Positions 12,179-24,995 of a stretch of DNA of 36,945 nt are shown here, piece by piece. Origin of the DNA: Catajapyx aquilonaris (Eukaryota); contig JYFJ02003862.1 in the NCBI GenBank assembly GCA_000934665.2, positions 1-36,945 of the forward strand, written 5' to 3'. How positions within the stretch are numbered: position 1 is the first letter of the stretch; every line of letters starts with the position of its first letter. Position numbers and translations under genes: made by a program. The notes under the pieces are model-generated. The model had not been told where the DNA came from. It saw only the letters and a program-made list of their open reading frames with translations, and made no database searches.

Positions 12179-12825
12179 GGGCAACTGCTTGAGTTACACT
12201 CGCAAAAGGTGTGCTCTTCTGCAATAGCTTACAACGATGACATACCACAATACGACACCCTCACCACCAGACATTTGCATGGGGGTGTGACCGTACCGGA
12301 TCTTGCTATGCATTTCACTGCATTCCGATGCTGCATTGCATTGCCGCATTTGACTTCGCCGTACTTTCGAGTCAATTACAGTGCTGGTTCCCGATTACAA
12401 TAATCCCATCGCATATTCCCTTGCAGAAATAACTGCCTGCTGGGTATTCAATCTTGTTTTACTCCGACTTCATGTATCGTGTCGTATGAAGAGAGGTACT
12501 GTACGAGGTAAACGCATGAGAAATCCGGAATTGATTTATTTGAAGAAAATATTCTAGCCCATACGGAGTAACGCAACCTCCTTCGAGAGAGGGACAGTTA
12601 TGGATCGTTTACACCAGCAACCCGTCTGAATGGAATGCAACATGCAGGGGGAAAAGCACAATTATTCGTGATCCACATTCAGATGTGGAGCAGCCGTCAG
12701 GCATACTGGGCGATGGAAACATGATTTTTTCAGCATTGCCGCATACGAGTTGGTATATAGAAGTGAGTAGTGGTGAAGAACAAGCAGAATCTCAATACAC
12801 GGACGCCAGTGGCGTATTTACAGCA

Positions 12826-12833
12826 TAATAATA

Positions 12834-12904
<71 letters not shown>
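12826..12904. repeat. (AAT)n microsatellite
   Basis: Seen directly. Confidence 0.98.
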
Positions 12905-12907
<3 letters not shown>

Positions 12908-13031
12908 CCCATTATTAATAACAATAATTGTCATAACTTCGGATGTGTGAGTGGAAAACTGGATAATAATATTCTCCTTCAGCTAGCTCTACTTTTACAT
13001 TAACTGCTTATTTTAAGCAGTATCTTTCACT

Positions 13032-13267
13032 GTGGCCAGCTTTCCGCCCGGGGACTGATCGGACATAGGTGCAGTAAATATTTCGAGATGTAATGAATGG
13101 ATTTCAGCCAGACGTAACTTTTTCGACACCTTACAACATTTCCAAGGAACCATTATTTTTTGTTTTTGTACCTTATAATTCTACGTCAGAGTTTTCGCCA
13201 AAAGGAGTCCTCCCATTGGGCTTATGGCCCGGTCGGTCTGGCGCTAACCGGGCGGAAAGCTGGCCAC
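13032..13267. repeat. Perfect 20-bp inverted repeat, probably a decayed MITE
   Basis: gtggccagctttccgcccgg (13032-13051) / ccgggcggaaagctggccac (13248-13267). Confidence 0.7.
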
Positions 13268-13437
13268 GAGTGCTTATTATTGCAATAAGTAAGTTATCAG
13301 CAGCTAATATTATTTTGCGTGGATACAGTACATTATTTTTGACGCCTGCAGGAATGGTGCATTTCGCTGATGTTCGTACCAAAGGGCAATTCCTAGTCGG
13401 AGATTTGCTGAAATTCAGAGCTCGGTTAAAATAATGA

Positions 13438-13748
13438 TTGGATAGAGTTGGGTTGACAGGCATCGCGGAAGGCGGGAGGGTGAGTGGTGGCTGGGCAGTG
13501 GCTGTGTCGCAAAAACGGAGCAGGCAGGCTGAAGGATAGGCGTGTATCCGCTGAAGATAGGTCTGTATCCGCAAGGAAGGAAGGTTAGGTTAGGTTAGGT
13601 TGGAACAGCATACCCCTTTCCAAATCCTGAAAATCCCAACCCCAAAAAATCAATACTTTCATCCTTGCGTTTGCGACACAGCCACTGCCCCCGGCCACTA
13701 CTCACCCTCTCGCCTTCCGTGATGCCTGTCAACCCTACTCCTTCCTAA
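13438..13748. mobile_element. TIR element with internal (GGTTA)n tract
   Basis: ~75-bp imperfect TIRs (gggttgacaggcatc...gctgtgtcgcaaa / tttgcgacacagc...gatgcctgtcaaccc), with ggttaggttaggttaggtt at ~13583-13601. Confidence 0.75.
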
Positions 13749-15228
13749 TGATTAAATTTCGCTTAATATTAGCCGCTAATATTATCTTAATAATTTTTTG
13801 TTTAAAAATAAGCAACTTAGTGCCATCATATTTTTCCCCATTTTATTGTACAGTAATGTGGCATAATCACCACCCTAACATATCAAATGGTCCTTTCCAG
13901 CAGTTCAGTTAGTCGCATTGATTATTGTTCTACAGTGCTTCAAGTGGCATCGTTCAAAAAAGGAGTTAAAAGAAACCCACCGAATAGTAAAGCATCTGTT
14001 CAGATTTGCCCTCGACCTAATGATAAAGTACCGTAGTCTATAACTTACTGGTGTCTGAGAATATGGCAGAGCTAACTCAGGTTCCAATCTCGGCAATATA
14101 TTGTTTGACTTCTCTTCTTCGCTCTAGGTTGTTTCTAAAAATGTACCCACAGGAAGAACACTTGAATAAGACCGCTCGGCTTCCTCTCGTTGGGAGTATT
14201 GCTCTCAGGTTGGAAGACAAAGGAGTCCAAGTCATGGATACTTATCTGACTCCGAGAGCAGAGCATTCAGACAATAGAATCGTTTGTATTGTTGCTCCCT
14301 TAGGTATATCCCATTGTATGGCAACTTTAAGCAAAACAAATGTACGAAAAACGCCGAAGAAACAACGGGTCTCTTACTGGAACTGTATTCATATAACTTA
14401 CGCTATAGTACAAAGTATGTTTATTCCCGATGAAAGTTCATTGCAGTGGAGAGTAGACCTGTTGTGTGGATTTTGGCATATACAGTATAAGTAAATCGGA
14501 CATTTTCTACCTAATTTCAATGACGGCTTCAAATCTAGAAATAAGACCTGAAAAATATCTGAGACTCCCGTTGCATTTTAACTATTTTTTCTCCTACAGA
14601 TAGACAAAAATTACTCGGAAAATAGAACTGATGAAGATTTATGTACGTAATATACAGTATAACCTGCATAGTATGTACAGTAGTTATATTATTTTTATGC
14701 CCTATTTTCAGCATTGAAGTAAAATAAACGAAAAGCTATGCTTTGCCAGGTAGACCCAATTTTAGTGGGAAATATGGAATCTTGCCACTACAAAACAGAA
14801 TCTTCTGTGAAAATCAGGCCTTCCTGAATGAATTTCCGTTACTAGCCACATCCTCTATGCCGCCACATCAGAACGATATGCTTGAGGATGCGACCGCATA
14901 TAGTCTGTGGAAGATCAATTCAATGCAGAGACTTGCATCTCTTGCTTCATTCCAGAGAAATGTTTTCACTCGTTAAGGCGTTATATATTCACGAATACTC
15001 GTGGTTGACAAAATACTGCGGATCCAGCTTAACAAGTCGGATCTCTCCTCTCGGAGTTCCCTACAGTCAGGATGGTATATGAGATTAGGGTAAGGGACAT
15101 ATCTCAATTTTCTAATATTTCATTTTAAAACTGCAATATAAACATTCACAGGTTTACATCTCAAACTCTTGTCTATTTTCAGGATAGCAGTTTACAGCAA
15201 AGTAGTTCTACAGTTATATAATAATAAT

Positions 15229-15322
15229 GCAGGTGAAAGGAAAGTTCCCCAGGCGGGGATCGAACCTGGGGCCTTTCACTCAGCAAGCCGAGACGTTACC
15301 ATCACGGCCACCACACCTCCCC
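15229..15322 (-). mobile_element. tRNA-derived SINE, family B, head only
   Basis: Reverse complement reads ggggaggtgtggtggccgtgatggtaacgtctcggcttgctgagtgaaaggccccaggttcgatcccc. Matches the copies at 24761-24995 and 31893/34916. Confidence 0.85.
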
Positions 15323-16302
15323 TCATTCTTCTCTTATCATTTCACTGTTAAATTCGGGAGTTTTAAATACACTGTAGTAAAACGAAACAAGTCATTTAGG
15401 ATGGTGCAAAAGATTGGCTATAGGCGACAACTGTCATTCGAGAGACTCCCGTATGACTCTGACTAATGATTGGCAATGGATGACATAATTTTCTTGTCAA
15501 GCCCATAGCAGATCCTACCCCTTCCTTGTACTAGTACAGTAGATAACTTCTGAATTAAAAAGCGAAATGATGAGAGAAGAGTGATGCTGTTTACACGCAC
15601 TCCAAAAAGTCCCCTATACAGCCACACATTAACATGAAATAACAATACCAGTGGTGCCTGTAATAACTGGTTCACAACCTCAGTACATTGATAGGAATCG
15701 CAATGGCCTTACAATCCATCCCACAGACCCATCTATGATCCATCTTTGTAGCAAGCGTTTGAATCCACCGCGATATCCTGAACTGTCTAAGCATTTTGGA
15801 CGCAGCCGCCGCCGCTTATTTCCGCCAGGTGGCGATGTCTGTGCATAGCCATTAATGCAGGGTACTGAACTACCTCCAAAGTGTATAAATGAATGTGACA
15901 GTTGGAAAGATGCGGAGTTGCCGAGCTTATGATAATATTTACGAGATACCACGTGTCAATACACGACATCTGACAACTCCGCTCCTTTCCGACCCTCATA
16001 TCGCTCGCACTCAGTTATCGCGATCTGGAGTGGGTGGAAGCTCCCTTTTAAAGAGAGATGGACAATACCTTGTGGCAGTCACAAAGCAGTGATACGTCAA
16101 GAAAATCTAACCGGGAATGGGGAGGGAGGGGGGGGGGGTCCAGTGGAATTCATTCCGCATTTTCTCTCTCTTTCACCCCGAATGCATTTGAGTCTCTCTG
16201 GCTCATCTGTCATGTTGTCATGTCCGCGGGGGATCTGTTGGATTGAAAGGAGAAGGAGGAGGAGGCGAGAGGAAAAGTGCAGGTGATGAGCGAAAGACTC
16301 AC

Positions 16303-16335
16303 AGTTGCAGAAGGATATTATTTCTACTCCCAGGG
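16303..16335 (-). other. Candidate 33-nt microexon of an unidentified host gene
   Basis: ttttctcttcag|CCCTGGGAGTAGAAATAATATCCTTCTGCAACT|gtgagt. Length is a multiple of 3, two frames are open, and the flanks are non-repetitive. Confidence 0.35.
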
Positions 16336-16914
16336 CTGAAGAGAAAATGCGACGAGTACACTATAATATTTATTATGAAGATTATAACCAGCGCAGCGTT
16401 GGCGAAAGGACGAAAGGAACTTTCGTCTTCTAAAGGAGTTTCAGCAGCAAAAAATTTCAACATGCAAGAAACAAAGTTGCACATTTTTGTACAGTAGGCT
16501 ATATGAGCCGCCAGTTATACAGGGTGCACCTTAATAACACCACCAAACTTCTGGTTTGCTCTCAGTTGTGTGGGGGGNAGAGGGGGAAGGAGAGAGAGGG
16601 GGGAGGGTTGAGATAAAAAACGGCCAAGTCCATTTTTTGGGGGTATATAACACAAATACGTCCAGAAATAATGTACCGTAAACATACTATTTTGAAGACA
16701 CATTAATTGGCTAAGTAATGAGATAACACGATGCAAGATTGAACATGTTTTGTAGAAGATACGAGGGTGTTAAATGAATTTCGTCCACGGATATTATTTA
16801 CTGTTTTGACCTACAGCATGTTCCTGTCCCTTAGGGTACAGTAACACTAGAAATTAGACTCATCCAAATGAAAAAATAAAAGAAAATATAGCCGCCTGTT
16901 TACGAAGTTATACA

Positions 16915-17396
16915 TGCCGCGTTTTCATGTGAGCGATTTGACGAGCGAAGTCTTCGCCGAGCGATAACATCCAAAGAGTTCTGCTCCGTATACCAATAGA
17001 GAAAGCACTCGGGGTGAATGTGAGGCAGGCAACAATGCGATCCTAGTAAAGAAGGCGGACGCCTTACATTATTGGACTAATAGTCGTCCCAGTTGTCATT
17101 ATTGGTTGTTGTTCCAGTTGCTAGACAACTGTTAAAACACCAATATGACCCCAGTAAAGATGGCGGCTGACTCAGCCTGGCTAATGGGAAAGGAAAGGGA
17201 GTGCTCTCTCTAGGTACAGTATATTATAGCAGAACTCTTTGATAACATCGCTGAGTAACCCGAGTAACCAGTATTGTTTGAGGCGACAATCGATTGTTAC
17301 TTTCACCTCGAACAATATTGGTTATTCGGATTACTCAGCGATGTTATCTCTCGCCGAAGATTTCGGTTGTCAAATCGCTCACATGTAAACGCAGCT
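16915..17396. mobile_element. PIF/Harbinger-like palindromic MITE, interrupted by a P-like MITE
   Basis: gccgcgttttcatgtgagcgatttgac / gtcaaatcgctcacatgtaaacgcagc. Becomes one long hairpin once 16972-17249 is removed. Confidence 0.7.
16972..17241. mobile_element. P-element-like MITE
   Basis: Perfect 8-bp TSD ATAACATC (16964-16971 and 17242-17249). TIR caaagagttctgct / agcagaactctttg. Confidence 0.85.
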
Positions 17397-19351
17397 TTAA
17401 GGACCTGAACAAAAAGAGCAAAAAAATGACCAAATGTTTTTCATAATATTACAATAAATTCTCAATTTAAAAGAATCCTTGTAAAGACGAACTTTTCTAA
17501 AAATAAACAGTTTGTGAGTTACTTTATTATATTTTCTGCTTTTAATGTTTCATTTTAAGGAAATTAACACTGTCACAAATGTATATGTGAATAATTTTGT
17601 AACGGGTCAAGTTATAGTCAATATGATCTGCAAACGGACATGTAGAGGAAGGATGAATAACAAAAATCAACAAAACATATAGAAATAGTTTCTGCTCATA
17701 TGAATAACCTCAAAAACTGTCACAAAGTTATCCCTACTTACAATATTTTAATGGCATTGGGTATTAAATACACATAATATGAAGCTGAGACGCGGCAATA
17801 TATGGAGTATCAAGATTGTACCAAGGAAAGTTAAGTAATCATCAGTTTGTGCTCATTTTACGACTAGTTTTTTGGACTAACTGATAACTGTAAGCCGTTT
17901 TTGATCTCTCATCCCTCATTTTATCCCTACATAAGTGACCATCTGGGCCATGGGAGTTTGCTTTAGAAGGTTGTTGGTGTTATTATGGAACACCCTGCAT
18001 ATTATTATTTTAAAGCAAGTACTTGTTCTCTTACGAATTTGCGGTTTCATTTTATGAGCTGACCAATAATATATAAGCCTGTCTCGAGAGTGCAAGCACG
18101 AGAAATGTGAAAGTTTTCTTACCGGCTTCTATTATATGCACAAGAAGTGTACAGTAATCAATCGTCTAAGAAATGTCGAGTTATTCAGGCAATCTGGAAA
18201 ATTTAGAATATTGGGTGGTCTTTTTACTGATACCCCAAGTGTAAGTGGTATAAATCGTCTGACGGGTCATCTCTTCAGCTTCCTCAGAGGATCATCCAGG
18301 TAAGTTTATAATAAAGCACCACAATATTGTGGTCCTTTTTTGCAACTTGAAAGTTAGTAATAAATTGTTTCTCTTTGCCTGTTTGTATTTTAAGTCCCTG
18401 TATCTGATTATGGATTCTTGCATTTTGCAATGATTTGAGATATGACATAATATTAAGTGCAAGGACTGTGAGAACACAGCGCAAAAAAACCAGTAGTCAG
18501 AACGTGTCGACAAAGAGTCATCCCCTCCATTCTACCACAATAATTGAGAGGACAGGAAGTCTAGAAGTGTAAAATTGTCAGCTAAGTGGACAAAACCCCG
18601 CTCCCCTTCTCCAACTAAAATTTCAACTACGTCACTGTGTGGATGATAGTGAGAGAGAGCAAGAGCTGGGTAGCCATGCGCATTGAAATGGCTATCCCGA
18701 ATCCATATATTATCATGCCCGATTGTAGTAGCAAGAGCGGATGATGACTACCACGACTGGCCACCCACCCACCCTCCCTCCCTTCCGCCATCTCACCCCC
18801 ATCCCGCACCCCCAACACCCCCTGATTGTAATCAGAGATTGCTGTGAAATGTGAGGCTGCAATGCGCAAACATGCGGGATGGCGGAGCCAAGACGTTTCT
18901 CACGATTTTGAGAACGAAGAGTAGCCGGACGAGGAAGGGCTAGCAGGCGGCTATTGCATTTTGAGCACCGGCTCACCCACGCCACACTTCTCCAACTAGC
19001 ATTATTATTGGGTACTTGGCTGGGAAACAGCGGGTTTATTCGTAGACGTGCATAGTTGTTGACAGATCAACATTTTATGTCCGACGAATGTGCACTTTGC
19101 TTCCCGTATATAGCACGCCTTGCTGCAGTTGCTGCTGCATGCCGTGAAGGCATGCAATCCTAAAAGCGTTGTATGCCTCAGGCCTATTCATTGGGATAAA
19201 GAAGTTTTTCACGGCACGGCACGCGGTTGTGAGCATTCGTTTCTTCTGGCTCCGTAACACTTTTTCCTAATGACCCCTGAAAGAGCTAATTTAAAAGACA
19301 GCCTGATTATACAGTAGTAAGAAATTGCGACCAGTTCGTATATCTATAGAA

Positions 19352-19529
19352 CCGCTTCTCAAACTTTTTGGATCGCGGCCCTCTTTGGCCACTTACCCCA
19401 TTAAGCAAATTGTCATTCGCCAGTAAAACCACTATGGAGAATTTGAATTTTTGATCAAGTCGAGGCGCACTGGAGGGTTCCCGCCTTCCACTCTATCCTG
19501 GGTCGCTGACCACACTTTCAAAATCACTG
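19352..19529. mobile_element. hAT (Charlie/Buster-type) MITE
   Basis: Ends ...ttctcaaactttt and ...cactttcaaaatcactg resemble CAGTGGTTCTCAAAC termini. TSD ctatagaa / ctctagat with a central TA. Confidence 0.65.
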
Positions 19530-19649
19530 CTCTAGATGGATCGTCTTGTTCCAAGTGAATAAACGTAATATTCATCGGATGGTTGAGAATTACAGCAAAC
19601 GTGCAAAGGATCTGCATTGCGAAATCACGTACTGTATTGTACATCCTGG

Positions 19650-19672
19650 GAGAGAGAGAGAGAGAGAGAGAG
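19650..19672. repeat. (GA)n microsatellite
   Basis: Seen directly. Confidence 0.95.
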
Positions 19673-20789
19673 TCGGTGGCCTTATTAGCAAGGTATAAGA
19701 AACTTCATATTACTGTATAAGCAAACAAAATTGAACCGCAATTCCTCGCCCCGCAGGAGGAATGTGTCAGCCAGATCACTCGAAAGGAATGTCCTAACGA
19801 GTTACATAACTTCATGGAATGCCATTTTTTATTTGCTCCAACACTAGAAGGCACTGATTCACAAATGTGATATCATGTGATATCATGCAACACGGTGCAA
19901 GAAATTCACTGGACATTTTCAAAAACTTCTTTGAGCATTTAACCCAAGTGGTTAACCACTCGACAGTAAAGTGTACAGTGTATGGGGCACCTAATTCATG
20001 GAGTACCAAGGAATACCAAAGAGGAAAGTACTTAAGGAGTACCTGGGGTATCACTTCAGGTGTACACCGGAGTACCGAAGTGGTTAACCCCTTGATGTGC
20101 ATATGGTGCCGTTGTCATGCCGTTCCAATAAAAACAGGTAACACGCTGCTACCAGGCACTGTACCAGAAAATTAGGACATTCACGATTGGTCACTGCAGC
20201 TACTGCACAAACAGGGTCGTGACATAAACGTGCTCACTACATACAACCAGGCTGTACCAGTTACATGCTTCCATGTTTGAATAGTAAAACTTACCATGTG
20301 GAGTTGCATGGTAAGGTGCAATTTCGCATGGCACCCAACCTTTTGGTTTTGTGACCCCAACGCCTGTGCTACATCAGCATGCGCAGTGGTATCATTGACA
20401 GCGTTCCCCTAATAAAGGTTACATTCTGCTATCAGGCACTGCGCTGTAGGAATGGGCTGCTCACGGCAACTGAAATAACACAATGTCGTGACAGAAGTGG
20501 CTGCTCACAAGACTACATGAGCTATGAGCATGGCTATATGAGGCATAGCAAGAACTTACCACAGGATAAACAACAGCCGCATAGGCTGCAGAAGAGAGAC
20601 CACACTGACGAAGAGAGCTGCTTTGCTGCTGCAGAACCTCGTACTTGTCCGACACCTTACGATATTTCTGGCGGCGCGGCGGCAAAGTTATTGTTCCACC
20701 ATATTGTATCCGACTTTCAGCCAGACCTCGCATATCGCAATATGTTGGAAGACAAATGACGAACGATAGGAACTTTTCAGATCAATAAA

Positions 20790-21990
20790 TTCAATTCAAT
20801 TCAATTTTATTTTCCTCCCTGCATCAGCGCAGGGAGGGACTCCCCCCTTACAATTACAATCACATTTCAAACCATACATTTACATTAACGATATGAACTA
20901 TTGATTTCGTGATCGGTCGTGATCGTTGTCTTCTCTTAATGGATCAATCACCGAGATTCTGGATTAATTAACAATATAAAAATCGTCAGATATAGAATCA
21001 CTTTGGCCCGTGCCAATAAGATACTGTATTATGCACATAGCACAAGGCAGGATTGAACTCCAGATATTTGCTCCTCTGCAATGAGACTCTTCTCTTTCTT
21101 GACAGGTCGTCCTTCCCCACCTCTGCTTCCTTTTGGTCAGAGTGGCTGGCCATAAAAGAGAAAATAATATGTCATCTTTTTGGGAACGGGAATATTTTGG
21201 GGGTCTTGTCCGTAGATTGTGTAAGGGCAGTTAAGAACAGTTAGAGCCAGAGAGGCAAATAGGTTGGAACGAGTGTGCAGGGGCTGGGCTTGTTGGTTGT
21301 AGAACGGTTGCAGAAGAGGAAATCGAGAAGAGTTAGTGAGAAACCGCCTCCTCCCCCATCATAATAATGTCAGTCGTCCATCCAACCAATCGCTATTTTT
21401 TGCTTCCACGAACCTATCCAGTATGTAGTGACATCTACGGCGGGTGCGGCTGGCCTTGCTCCGGGGAGGTGCTGTTGTCTTGTCTGCCGGACGAGTTAAA
21501 CAGGTTCTGCCTGGCAGTCATTCGGCACTTGGCGAGCGTCAACGACGGCAGAGTGGGTGTTGCTGGTGGTCGAGGCGGAGGTCGTCGCGGGGAACACCGG
21601 GGACGATGAAAGTTACGCGGGTCGGAACTGGGGATGGAGGAGGAGGAGGAGTGAGACACAGAGGAGATGACAGAGTACGGCTGGGGTCCCACAGGTGGGA
21701 CATGACGGGGGTCCGGAGCGGGCCCCGATTTCTCCGACGGGACCTTTCCCTTTGGCGCTCGACGGAGGCCTGGGCGACCAGGCAGAAGTCAAGAGGCCTA
21801 TCGGACGAGATTGGGGCGAGCTCCGTACCTTACGGGTTTGGGACTCGATCGTGGGACGGTCGGCTCCTCTGGGTGTCGTCCCGATGATCGAGTCTCGACC
21901 CTATGACGGCTTGGGTTCGATCCGGAAGCGAACGGGTGGTCCGCCTCTGGCGCCCCGGATGGGGCCCGGGGTTTAAGGACCTACATGGTC
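20790..21990 (-). mobile_element. Decayed non-LTR retrotransposon fragment with (TTGAA)n tail
   Basis: Minus strand ends aataaaattgaattgaattgaa, i.e. a polyA signal plus short tandem tail. The GC-rich Pro/Arg/Ser-coding stretch at 21435-21980 resembles an ORF1 low-complexity region. No RT motif was found. Confidence 0.5.
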
Positions 21991-22018
21991 TGGAATAACC
22001 CCGTTGATATCTGACTAA

Positions 22019-22163
22019 GGGCCAGATGCACCGGCCTCAGTATAACTTAGAACCTCGGGTATAACAAGAATTGCCATAGCAATCATTGTTGACCAAAAAT
22101 GATTGCTATGGCAATTCTTGTTATACCCGAGGTTCTAAGTTATACTGAGGCCGCAACTGGCCC
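22019..22163. mobile_element. PIF/Harbinger MITE, nearly perfect hairpin
   Basis: TAA|gggccagatgc...gcaactggccc|TAA, with a ~55-bp perfect inner stem. Confidence 0.9.
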
Positions 22164-23044
22164 TAAGGTCATTATTTAAAAGCTGAAATAATTTATTACA
22201 AAAAGCTGTAATTTTCAAACTTGGACTTTCAAACTCTGACGATTTCTAAGGAAATAACCGAAGTTTACTCTTGCTTCAGAAGTCATTAACACAATAACTT
22301 CCATCAAATATGATTGTACGTACAACATGACGACAACAATATTCTGGTAGGGCGCATTTTTATCTCTGCCTAAATATTTATATGCATTATGAACTGAGAA
22401 AAATAATTTTAATTTTTAAATACCTTATATAAGACAGACAGAAGTATCACATGATAACTACGCTTACATAACTTTAAACCCCTTGGGAATAATTTTGTCA
22501 ATGCAGCTGCTTGAAATAGGGAACTTGAAAAGCGCTGAATGGGAATACTGTGCTTCCTGCAGCAAATATTTGCATTCCACAACTCCAATCACTTTCTTCG
22601 ACGGTAGGTTATCGATGTTTACCCGAACCTTTTGTTAACATAACTTATCTATGTGCCTTCTGTGTGCCTCGAATGTCATTTTCAAGCCACCATTGTGGCA
22701 CATTCCAAAAAATATCGACGTAATTATGGTTTTATGTAATACAGTAAAACCTCAATATAACGCTCTTCAAGGGACCGTCCAAAAATAGTGTTATAAGCAG
22801 GAATTCGTTATATGCGGGCAATGCGATTTAATTGACCCATTACTCAGGAAATGAATGTCTACACTCTTGCTCTGTATATGGATGCATATAAACCACATTT
22901 ACCTGACTTGATCTGATCTAACCTACCCACGCACCACGTGCACCCCAAAAATAATATCCCCTGAAGAATCCAAAACAATAGTGACTAACCAGGGTCATAG
23001 GAGTCATAGTTGACATAAGCCACCTCTCTGCAACTTTCACATTT

Positions 23045-23098
<54 letters not shown>
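23045..23098. repeat. (ATC)n microsatellite
   Basis: Seen directly. Confidence 0.98.
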
Positions 23099-23774
23099 TT
23101 AATTTTTTTGAATGCATCTGGTACTGTACTAAAATAATGTTACAGTGAAAAATGTTCGAGTACAGGCCTACAGGGCAGTGAGAATATGCAAGTTCATCTG
23201 TTGCACAGGGCATAGAGTGTGACCAATCCCATATTCAGCCTGCTCTGAGTCGGGAACTCCCCTAAGCATTACAAAGGATAGAGGCAATAAATTCCTTCAG
23301 TCCTTCCTTTTGCTCAATAGTTCGCTGGTCGCAGATCTCGGTGGCAATCAGAGGATCTCTTTATGTAGTGGTATCTATTTGTCTGAGAAGCCTTGTTACT
23401 CAGATAATAAAATCCAAACCCAACGTATGAAATATCCTGGTCGGTTTGCTTCCCTTCTTGCAGCCGTGCACTTTTAATTGAAATGTTGCCGTGAGAGAAC
23501 TTAACGAACGATCTTATTAGATTGTGTCAGGCAATGGAAGTGTCCTGGGCTGTATCCCCACCGTAGAAAATGGTGTAATGCATTCATTTGAGTAATGATA
23601 AATTTCACAGAGATCGTAATAATGCTGTGATTAAGAAAACCTCGCCTAATACCGGCATACCTCGCTTAGACCGGCATGCCGGTATAGCCACCAGATCATG
23701 CATTTCTAAGAACTGGTCGACCTCGACTACACCGGCATGCCGCTTTAAGTGATGTAATAATGTAATTCAGTGAT

Positions 23775-24081
23775 CTTTTCGGTCACTTATGGCAGAAGTA
23801 TGCCGATTTCACCAGAGTAATTATAATTGAATGAAGTAGGATTCTTTAGGTATATGTTCCTGGGCTTGGCTCAATTCTGACATTTTTGTGGGTTGATAAA
23901 TCATTGCATAACACCGTCCATGCACACCATTTGTGAGTTAACTTTTCGGCCATTTGTGGCAGAAGTATGCAGATTTCTCAACCTTGATTTTATAGCCTAC
24001 TATCTTTTGGGTGTATGTTCCTGGGCTTAACTAATTTTTGACATTTTAGTGGGTTGACCCATTATTGCATAACACCGTCCA
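23775..24081. repeat. Diverged ~165-bp tandem duplication, followed by a GGATAA-rich minisatellite (24088-24165)
   Basis: cttttcgg..ggcagaagtatgc...ttgcataacaccgtcca occurs at 23775-23920 and 23942-24081. Confidence 0.85.
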
Positions 24082-24760
24082 GTATGCAGGATAAGTTACT
24101 GGATAAGGACCAGGATAAGGATAACATAAGATAAGGATACAGGATAAGGACTGATAAGGACTAGGAAAACGGAGTGGTATATGCGGGAAAGTCTTACAAG
24201 CGGGAAAGTTTTTGTCTTATGGGGATGATCAAGGGACCGGAAAAAGAGGCGTTAAAAGCGGGATAGCGTTATTATGTGGGAGCATAATGTAGTTATTTTT
24301 TCCTATTTTGTATGCTATACTCTTTATTTAGTTGGAAGTTACTGTACGTGATGCGCTGCTTTTTTTTATTTACCTACAGCACGAATTTACACGACTTGAT
24401 TCATTCGCATTATTGCCCTGGATTGCTTTAAACTGACCACTATTCCGTTATTTCTCTCTGTTGAACAACCTGAGGTAATAATATTATTTGAATCAATTTG
24501 TTGAGATAAAAATGTTTTCTGGTTCTGAAACACGACTGTTGCCTTTAGCAACCTTCAGCCTTTTTCGTACTTCAAAACAAAGGCCGCTTTTCGTGACTTC
24601 TTTGGTCAATATTTCGCCACATTTTAAAGTAATACCTAAACCTTAAATTCCACCCTTTTTACCCCATTAGAGGGAGCTGAGCCCTTTAGGGGGGTGGATT
24701 ACCACCATTTGAATTTTCTCAGAATTTTCTGTTTTTCTTCCACCTCCTGTGCAGGAAAAT

Positions 24761-24995
24761 CAAGGACAAGGGATTGTTCGGGACGGAACGTTGGTGCAAG
24801 TGTAATACCGATAAATGAGTCATCCTGCTGTTCCCCAGGAGGTTAGGTGGTTGCCAGACACCTCCAAGGTGCAGGTCAGAGACCCTCCCGACGCAGGCGA
24901 AAGGGAATCCCCGGGAATCCCTAGGCGGGGATAGAACCTGGGACATTTCACTCAGCAAGCCGAGATGTTACTATCTCGGCCACCACACCTCCCCC
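24761..24995 (-). mobile_element. tRNA-derived SINE, family B
   Basis: Head and body align with 31893-31935 plus 34916-35095. Confidence 0.85.

Larger units (their letters stand above)
16520..17997. mobile_element. Tc1/mariner-type MITE (outer element of a nest)
   Basis: TA|cagggtgcaccttaataacacca...tggtgttattatggaacaccctg|CA, with a decayed TA on the right. Confidence 0.75.
22742..24344. mobile_element. pogo/Tigger-like non-autonomous element (right end uncertain) with nested repeats
   Basis: TA|cagtaaaacctcaatataacg. The motif caagggacc recurs near both ends (22768 and 24230). Degenerate ...gttactg|TA at 24344. A second Tigger-like start lies at ~23636. Confidence 0.55.

Noticed and set aside
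14051..14494. 147-aa ORF, plus the ORFs at 35872-36111 and 36439-36750
   Set aside because: No recognisable domain or codon-like signal. They are likely chance frames or decayed repeats.
18279..18299. Plus-strand 12/21-nt microexon (cttcag...CAG|gtaagt)
   Set aside because: Good splice motifs, but it is on the opposite strand to the other candidates and has no further support.
18627..18869. Hydrophobic ORF end (GMIIYGFGIAISMRMATQLLLSLTII) as a membrane-protein terminal exon
   Set aside because: No convincing acceptor site or recognisable homology.
19955..20082. TTAA-flanked piggyBac-like mini element
   Set aside because: The TIR match (ccact-cg / cgaagtgg) is too short to support.
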